Part shown: positions 53,550 through 61,900 of the stretch, one piece after another | Layout: every line of letters starts with the position of its first letter | Numbering within the stretch: the first letter of the stretch is position 1 | Assembly: GCA_964354135.1 (NCBI GenBank) | Contig: CAYGZA010000004.1 | Location: 1,078-65,077 of the forward strand | Direction: 5' to 3' | Length of the DNA stretch: 64,000 nt | Source: an uncultured Planctomycetaceae bacterium | GTDB lineage: Bacteria; Planctomycetota; Planctomycetia; Pirellulales; Thermoguttaceae | Notes under the pieces: model-generated | Databases searched by the model: none | What the model saw: only the letters and a program-made list of their open reading frames with translations | What the model was told of the DNA's origin: nothing | Position numbers and translations under genes: made by a program

Positions 53550-54278
53550 TCAAGGCGTGACTGGGCTGGCAGGCTTCTTCTCGGCAAGCGCGGCGATTCC
53601 GACCGACAGGCCGGCAATGCCCAACCCGGCGGCCAAGAGGCCGAAGCCACCTCCGCCGCCGCCCCCGCCCCCCGACCCCCCCGTGGCACCGGAAGGCGTC
53701 GTCGCTGCCGCTGCCGTAGTCTCCCCGGCCAACATGTCGGAAAGCGTGTCGCCCAGGGGCACCAAGGTCAGTTCAAGGGTCACCTGCTCTTTGGAGGCAT
53801 CTGCCGCAAAGGGAAGAACTTGCACCGAGACTGCGGCGAATCCGTCGGGGCCGGAGGCGATCACCGAATAAACGCCCGGCCGCAAGCCGGTCACCTGAAA
53901 ACGCCCGAACTCGTCGCTCTGAGCCGATGCAACGACCTGGCCGTTTTGCAGGAACGACACGTTGGCCCGCGCCGGAATCCGTTTGCCCGAAGGGTCGATC
54001 ATGCTCAGCCGGCCCGCCAGATTCCCGTCCACGCGCAGGTGGACCACAACCGTGTAGGAGGTTTTCGTTCCGTTGTCGGGCTGCGGGACCGGACGGGTCG
54101 CGGGAGCAGAAGCGGCCGTGACTGCCGGCTGCTTTATTGCCGCCGGCTGCTTCGCCGGGGCGCCCGGCGCCGACGGGCTGCCGGCGTTCTGCGCCAGGGA
54201 AAGCGCTGGGTACAACAGGATGCACAGCGCCATCACGCTGCACACGTAACTATGGAAAACGCGCCGCCTCGCTCGCAT
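53550..54278 (-). CDS. secreted Ala/Pro/Thr-rich protein with a carboxypeptidase-regulatory-like beta-sandwich and a C-terminal Gly-run + TM helix + KK anchor
   Basis: 242-aa ORF with signal-like CSVMALCILLYPALSLAQNA. The core GRFQVTGLRPGVYSVIASGPDGFA is CarboxypepD_reg-like. The C-terminus is GGSGGGGGGGGGFGLLAAGLGIAGLSVGIAALAEKKPASPVTP. Confidence 0.75.
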   Translation of the reverse strand: MRARRRVFHSYVCSVMALCILLYPALSLAQNAGSPSAPGAPAKQPAAIKQPAVTAASAPATRPVPQPDNGTKTSYTVVVHLRVDGNLAGRLSMIDPSGKRIPARANVSFLQNGQVVASAQSDEFGRFQVTGLRPGVYSVIASGPDGFAAVSVQVLPFAADASKEQVTLELTLVPLGDTLSDMLAGETTAAAATTPSGATGGSGGGGGGGGGFGLLAAGLGIAGLSVGIAALAEKKPASPVTP

Positions 54279-54360
54279 GTTGCTCGCTCCTCTCTGGATG
54301 CAGCCTCAAAGTGCGGACCCCGGCGCTTGCCCGGCACCGGGGCCCTATGCACGTCTTTCC

Positions 54361-54388
54361 ATCGTAATCGGAGGTGCAGGGGTGTCAA
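54361..54388 (-). promoter_or_regulatory. putative sigma70-like promoter TTGACA-N16-TACGAT at the head of the 31-kb cluster
   Basis: On the minus strand the -35 is at 54388..54383 and the -10 at 54366..54361, about 80 nt upstream of ATG 54278 (GAGAGGAG SD). Confidence 0.35.
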
Positions 54389-54816
54389 GGGTCACGTTTC
54401 CCTAGGTTGTGCATTTCCCGCTTTCACTAGCCCTCGCCCTTACAGCGGTTGCACCGACCCCCTCTTGTGGAGGGAAGCAAAGGTTCCGCAGCCTCTGGTC
54501 GAACCCTGGGCCTCACGGGCCCTGGGAATCGCCGGCGCTGGGGCAACTTCACTCTCGGAACCGGCCGTCAACGTCGGATGCTGACATTGATCCCCAAATT
54601 GACGCGAAAAGGGCCCCTACGGACACCCGGACGCTTGCCCCCCGAATTCATTAGGGTGTATTGACTGCTGTCCTTGGGGGGATCATGCAAAATCTCATCG
54701 CCTCGCTTGCGACGCCGCCACGGCGACTGACGTTCGACAACGGGCGCGATGAGAACATCGTAACCGCCGAAAGCCCAATTCTTGAACGCGGACTCGTGCC
54801 TTGATTCAGGTTTGCC

Positions 54817-55179
54817 TTACGTTGTGCCCGTTGCGAAGAGAGGATTCCGTGTAGGACCCTGGGTGGCGTGGTTGATGGCGTTGGCATAGTCGAGTCGGGC
54901 ACCTCGCTCCAGGTAGTAGACGACGGTGCCGTCCTTCGGATAGCATTCCAGCGATCTTCTTCTTACCAGATCGACCAGGGCAGCATAGACCCGATCCGTG
55001 CTCATGCCCAACGCGCTGAGGACCGCGACAACATCGGCCTGCGAGAATCGCTTCCCGCTTCGGACCAGATACGCGAAGTGCTTCAGTGCGCCGGCGGTGT
55101 CGTCGAAATGGAGTTTGCCCATCTCGCTGATGATCTGGCTCCGTGTAGCATCGTCGAGAAAATGCGAGGCGAGGTTCAT
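54817..55179 (-). CDS. small hypothetical protein with a possible winged-helix segment
   Basis: 120-aa ORF with ordinary (not R/G/P-skewed) composition. STDRVYAALVDLVRRRSLECYPKDGTVVYYLE looks like a wHTH recognition helix plus wing. Confidence 0.5.
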   Translation of the reverse strand: MNLASHFLDDATRSQIISEMGKLHFDDTAGALKHFAYLVRSGKRFSQADVVAVLSALGMSTDRVYAALVDLVRRRSLECYPKDGTVVYYLERGARLDYANAINHATQGPTRNPLFATGTT

Positions 55180-55830
55180 GATGTGGGCACCCTTTCTTCA
55201 AATGACCGACCCATGGACAGGTGCGTTTCTCATCAAGGCGGCTGGTTCATCACCCCTCTGGGCCTACCGAGCCCCCGGGCAACAGCCACCCCGACAGCGA
55301 AGCAGCCAAGCCCCCATTCGTCCAAGGGGTTTTGGAACATCTCTTCCCGCCGAGGGAAGCATTCGCCCTTGCCTGGCCCAAAAAACACGCGCAGATTCCC
55401 ACGGTGCAAAAGGCGTTCCAACCGCGGCACGGACTTGGCAGTTGCTCCCAACCTCATGCCGGGAAACGAGTTGTGTCTAACACGCCTGGGTCGGATCCTT
55501 GGGCCTTCGTTTGATCGGAACAGCGCGATTGTTGCACAATGCCGCATCGCGCCGGCTTTCGCCCCACGGCTTCGCTCCTAAACCAGGTTTGCGAGCCGAA
55601 CGGCAAGCTGCTGGCGGATCAAGGGAGCCGGTTAGCACCCCCGCGGCAAGATGAGGGATCTAACGGGTGGTCCATCATGCCCCGGTTTTATGCCGCGCGG
55701 GCCGTTTCCTAACGCCGAGCCGCGGATTCGTTGCGAGTTGATTAGAATGGTTGGATGGATTCCCAGGAGGGCTGGCGGCCACGACTCCGGGCGGGAATCT
55801 CGAAATAGGGTTTCACGATTGCGGGAAGGT

Positions 55831-55898
55831 GAGGCTCCTGCCGAGCCGCACTTCCACTCGTCGATGTCGCGTTTTTTGCCTGGCTCGGCAGGAGCCTC
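55831..55898 (+). promoter_or_regulatory. perfect 17-bp inverted repeat (GAGGCTCCTGCCGAGCC ... GGCTCGGCAGGAGCCTC) with a 34-nt spacer, 45 nt upstream of the giant ORF
   Basis: Arms at 55831..55847 and 55882..55898. The spacer contains a T6 run (GCGTTTTTTGCC). Confidence 0.6.
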
Positions 55899-55943
55899 GT
55901 CCTCCCGAGATTACGCAACGTCGTTTAGCCCTTGGGCGAATCC

Positions 55944-58900
55944 ATGGCGCATCACGCAAAACGGAAAGTCAGACGGGCGCAACGGTCTTGGAGACGTGCG
56001 AAGCGGGGAGCATTTCCCTCCAAAGCGAGGTCGGGAGAAACCCTCGGGTTTGAGCACCTCGAGCCCCGGCTGGTGCTCTCGCCAATCATCAGCGAGTTCC
56101 TTGCCAGCAACACGGACACCGTCAACGGGCTGCGGGACTTCGAGGGAACGCTCCAGGACTGGATCGAGATCCACAACCCCGACACTCAGCCCGTCAGTCT
56201 TACCGGATGGAAGCTCAAAGACAGCGACAGCACGTGGACCTTTCCCGCCGTAACGCTCGGGCCGGGCGAGTTCCGCATCGTCTTCGCGTCGGACAAGGAC
56301 CTGACCACGCCGGAGCTGCACACCAACTTCAAGCTCCAGCGGGACCCGGGGGAGTACCTCGGACTGTTGGACAACCTGAACCGCGTCGTCCACGAGTACA
56401 GCCCAAGCTACCCGAACCAAGAGCACAACATCTCCTACGGCATCGGCCAGGACATTCAAGAGACGAAGCTCGTCTCGGCCGGGGCCGACACCCGCTATTT
56501 CGTCCCGACCAACGGCTCGCTCCAGACGACGTGGATGCAGGCCGGCTTCAGCGACGCCTCTTGGGCGCGCGGGCCGACGGGCCTGGGGTTCGCCAACCTC
56601 GTGCCCGGCTTTGCCGTCTGGAACTACAAGGCCAACGTCGCCGTCTCCGACATGGCAGTGGCCGAGACGGTCATCAACACGCCCTCCTACCAGAGCGCGG
56701 TCTACACTCAGACGGCCGCCGTGGTGAACTACCTGGACACGGGCGGCGGCGGCCACTTCACGCCGGACAGCCCCTTTCCCGGCATGGCCCTGGGAACCGA
56801 CCACGACGATTTCGTGATGCGGGCCAAGGGGATCATCCACATCCCGACCGCGGGCGCCTGGACCTTCGGCGTCAACAGCGACGACGGCTTCCGGCTGAAG
56901 ATCACCGGCGCGACGTTTAACGCCGCGTACGGGCAGTCGGGCACGACCGCCAACGGCGACACGCTGGAGTTCTTCGCGCCCCGCGGGCCGAACGATTCGT
57001 TCGGTGTGATCAACAACCTGGCGGCCGGCGACTACAACGTCGAAGTGACCTCTTACGAGCGCGGCGGCGGGTCGGACACGGAGTTTTTCGCCGCCGCCGG
57101 AGCGAACACCTCGTGGAACGGCAGTTTCCGCCTGGTGGGCGACATGGCCGGCGGCGGCCTCTCGGTCCTCAGCGAGCCCTTTAGCGGCCAAGGCTCCAGC
57201 TCGACCTTCGCCAGTCTGATCCAGACGAACGTCAAGACGGCGATGCAGGCGGCCAACAACGCCTCGCTCTACACCCGCATCACGTTCGACGCGGCCGACC
57301 CGCAGTCGCTCCAGTCCCTGACGCTGAAGCTTAAGTACGACGACGGCTACGTCGCGTACCTAAACGGCGTCGAGATCGCCCGACGCAACGCCCCGGCGAC
57401 GATCGCCTACAACTCCCAGGCCACGGCCCAGCGGACCGACGCCCAGGCCATCGCGTTCGAGAACGTCAACGTCTCGCAGTATCTCAACCTGCTCCAGGCG
57501 ACGGGCAACGTGCTGGCCATCCAGGCCTTGAACTACTCGCCCACCGACGGCGACATGCTCGTCCTGCCGGAGCTCTCGCAGATCGTGTACCAGGGCATGG
57601 GGGAGCACTTTTTCTCCACCCCCACGCCGGGCGCGGCCAACTCCCAGGAGTACTGGTACCGCGTGGGAGACACGCATTTTTCACAAGACCGGGGGTTCTA
57701 CGATCAGCCGTTCTCATTGACCATCAGCACGGCGACCCTCGGCGCGACCATCCGCTACTCGCTCAACGGCACCACGCCCGCGGAGACCGACAACACGAAG
57801 TCCGTCACCGGCATCACCCGCGACGGCTCGACTGCCACCGCGACGATCCCCGGCCACGGCTATACGGCCGGTGACTGGGTCTTGATCCGCGGGGCGGATC
57901 AGCCGCAGTACAACGGCGTGTTCGTCATCTCGAGCGTGACCGCCGACACGTTCACCTACACGGTGACGGGGGCCCCCGCCACGCCGGCCACGGGCGCGAT
58001 CGCCGCGCAGGCCAACTACTACACCTACACCGGCCCGATCACCATTGACCGCACCACGACCGTCCGGGCTGCGGCGTTCAAGACCGCCTACGCGGCGACC
58101 GACGTCGACACGCAGACCTACGTCTTCCTCGACGACATTCTTACCCAGCCGGCCGCGCCGCCCGGCCTCCCCACGACGTGGAACGGAACGCCCGCCGACT
58201 ACGAGATGGATCCGGACGTCGTCAACGACCCGGCCTACAACGGCACGCTCAAACAGGCCCTGCTGTCGCTGCCGACGATGTCGATCGTCACCGACCAGGC
58301 CAACCTCTTCGACCCGGCGACGGGCATCTACGCCAACCCGAACGTGGACGGCTGGGAGCGGCCCGTTTCGCTTGAGTACTTCGATCCCGCCACGTCCGAC
58401 GACTTCCAGATCAACGCCGGCCTGCGGATGTACGGCGGGGTGGGGCGATACCCGCAATTCAAGAAGCACTCGTTGCGGGTATTGTTCAAGGATGTTTACG
58501 GGGCCGCGAAGCTGAAGTTTCCGCTCTTCGGCCCGCAGGCCACGGACGAGTTCGACACGATCATCCTGCGGTCCAACTTCAACGACGGCTGGACGTGGGG
58601 CGGCACCCAGGCGCAGTTCATCCGCGACCAGTTCGCCGACCAGACGCTCCTGGACATGATGAGCACGGCGGGGCACGGCTCGTTCGTCCACCTGTACGTC
58701 AACGGCCTGTACTGGGGCGTCTATAACCCCATGGAGCGGCCCGACACGTCGTTTGCGGCGGCCTATCTCGGCGGCGACAAGGCGAACTGGGACGGCGTGA
58801 ACGCGGGCGAGCCGACCGGCGAGAGCAACATGCAGCCGTGGTGGGATTTGATGAACTTCAATTTCGACAACGGCAGCACGGCCGCCTACCAGCGGGTCCA

Positions 58901-61900
58901 GGGCAACTTCGCGGACGGTACGGACGACCCCGCCACCGAAAGCCTGCTGGACGTGAACAACTACATCGACTACCTGTTGATGAACTTCTTCGCGGCCAAC
59001 GCCGACTGGCCCGGCCACAACTACTACACGGCCCGACCCCGGGGCGCGGCCAGCACCGGCTTCAAGTTCTTCCCCTGGGACACGGAGATGGCCGTGGGGC
59101 TGGCGTGGATCCGGGATCCCTGGGGTGACGTGACGGGCGTCGGGGCGGCCGACAGCAACGACCCCGCCGAGCCGTATTACTGGCTCCGCACCAACGTCGA
59201 CTTCAAGATGCTCTTTGCGGATCACGCCCACAAGCACCTGTTCAACGGCGGCGCGCTCAGCACTGCGGCGGCCCAGGGCCTGTACCAAGCCCTGGCAGAT
59301 GAGATCGCGGCGGCCGTAAGCGCAGAGTCGGCCCGCTGGGGCGACGTGGTCTCGGGCTTGCCCTACAAGCCCACTGACTGGCAGAACGAGCGCGACTGGA
59401 TCCTCAACACCTACCTGCCGCAGCGCAACGGCGCCCTCGTCCAGCAGTTGCGCAACCGGGGGCTCTACCCGAGCGCCGAGGCCCCCTCGTTCCAGATTGG
59501 CGGCACCTACCAGCACGGCGGAACGTTCCCGCTCGGCGCTGCGCTGAGCATGACGGCGCCGGTCGGGACGATCTACTACAGCCTCGACGGCACCGATCCG
59601 CGGCAGCCCGGCGGCGCGATCCGCCCCGGGGCGCTGGTCTACGGCAGCCCGATCGCGCTCAATACCAACGCGCACGTGAAGTCGCGGGCGTACGTCAACG
59701 GCACGTGGAGCGCGCTGAACGAGGCCACCTACTACGTCGATCTGGCCCCGTCGATCCGCATCACGGAGATGATGTACAATCCGGCGGCCCCGACCGCCGC
59801 CGAGATCGCCGCGGGTTATGCCAATAATGAGGATTTCGAGTTCCTCGAGATCAAGAACATCGGCAGCCAGACGCTCCCGCTGGGCGGGCTGCGATTGGCC
59901 AGCGGGGTCGCCTTCACCTTCCCCGACGCCGCGTCGATCGCGCCCGGCGAGAAGAAGGTGGTCGTCCGCAACCAGCCGGCGTTTCTCTACCGCTACAACA
60001 CCGTCAACCCGAGCGTCATCGCGGGCGTGTACACGGGCAGTCTGGACAACGCCGGCGAGAAGATCGAGCTGGACGCGCCGGTGGGCGGCGCCATCCATCT
60101 GTTCGAGTACAAAGACGGCTGGTACGGCCACACCGACGGCGAAGGCTTCTCGCTCACGATTCGCGATCCGCTGCTTGCGCCCTTGGGCACCCCCGATCCG
60201 TGGAACAACCCGTGGAACCGGTCCGACGGCTGGCGCACTAGCGCCGCGCCCGGCGGCACTCCCGGCTCCGAGGACACGCTTACCACGCCCGGCTCGGTCG
60301 TCATGAGCGAGGTGCTCGCCCACCAGGACGCCGCTCCCGGAGACATGGTCGAGCTGTACAACACCACGGACCAGGCCATCAACATCGGCGGGTGGTTCCT
60401 CAGCGATGCCAAAGAGGACCTCACGAAGTACCAGATTGCCTCCAATACGTGGATCCAGGCGCACGGCTACTTCGTGCTGACGGAAAACGGCGATTTCGGC
60501 TTGGGCTCGGGCGATCCCGGCTCCTGCGTGCCGTTCGCCTTCAACGAGCACGGCGACGATGTGTACCTCAGCTCCCATGCCTCCGGCGTGGCGGGCGGCT
60601 ACCGCGAGCACGTGGACTTCGGCGCCACGCCCAATGGTATCTCCGTCGGCCTGTACACCAAATCGACGGGCGGGACGGACTTCACCCTGCTCGAAACGCC
60701 CACCTTCGGCGCCGGCCCCAGTTACCCAGGTGCGGCGAACAGCGTCCCCTACCGCGGGCCGCTGGTGCTTAACGAGGTCATGTACCACCCGGCCGCCGCT
60801 ACCGCTGCCGAGATGGCCGCCGGCTACGGCACCGAGGACTTCGAGTTCGTCGAAATCTACAACCGCTCCGGCGCCGCGCAGACGCTCCGCAGCTTCTACG
60901 TGGGAAGCGGCATCGGCTTCACCTTCGGCTGGTACGACGCCGACCGGCTGGCCCGCGAGTCGTGGACTCTCGAGCCGGGCGCCACGGCTACCTGGACCAC
61001 CGGCGCCCTCCAGAACGGCACTTACGAGGTCTTCGCCCGGTATGACCTCTACGACGCCGAGAGCCAGAAGCGGAACCTCGACGACGCGGCCCAGTACCGC
61101 ATCACCCACGCCGGCGGAACGGCCCTGGTGACCATCGACCAGGACGACGATCTCTTCACGTACACCGATCCCGACGGCTGGGTCTCGCTGGGCACGTACA
61201 GCTTTACGGGCTCGGGCACGGTCGTGCTCACCCGCGCAAGCGACGGCCCCGGCGACTGGACCATTGCCGATCAGGTCAGGTTCAAGAAGGCAGACCACGA
61301 GGTCATCGTGGACAACCCCGCGCTGGCTTCCCCTTGGACCACGAGCGGCCCGACCACGCTGGCCGCCGGCGGGTACCTGGTGCTGGTGAGCAACTACGCC
61401 GCCTTTGACTCGCGCTACCACGTCGCCGCCAACAACGTTCCCGTAGCGGGCGTCTACAGCGGCAACCTCAGCAACAACGGCGACGCGATCAAGCTGTTCC
61501 AGGTCGGTCCGTCCGATCCGGTGAGCGGGTACGTCCCGCACTACCGGACCGACTACGTCAACTTCGAGGACCATGCCCCGTGGCCCCCCGAGCCGGACGG
61601 CACCGGCTCGTCGCTCAATCGCTTGGGCGTCGATCAGTATGGCAACGATCCGATCCATTGGGGAGCCGGCGCGCTGGGCGGCACGCCGGGACAACCAAAC
61701 GCCCCTATCGACAAGACGGCCCCCTCCGCGCCCGCCAACCTGTCCGGCCGCGTCACCGTCAATCCCGACAAGATCACCCTGAGCTGGACCGCCGCGGTCG
61801 ACAACGAAAGCTACGTCGATCACTATGTCGTCTACCGCGACGGCGCGGTGCTCGGCACGTCGACGGCGACCTCCTATCAGGACACTGCCGTCGTGCCGGT

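Noticed and set aside
55911-57191. 426-aa minus-strand ORF.
   Set aside because: Antisense shadow of the 5' part of the giant plus-strand gene, with the same skewed composition.
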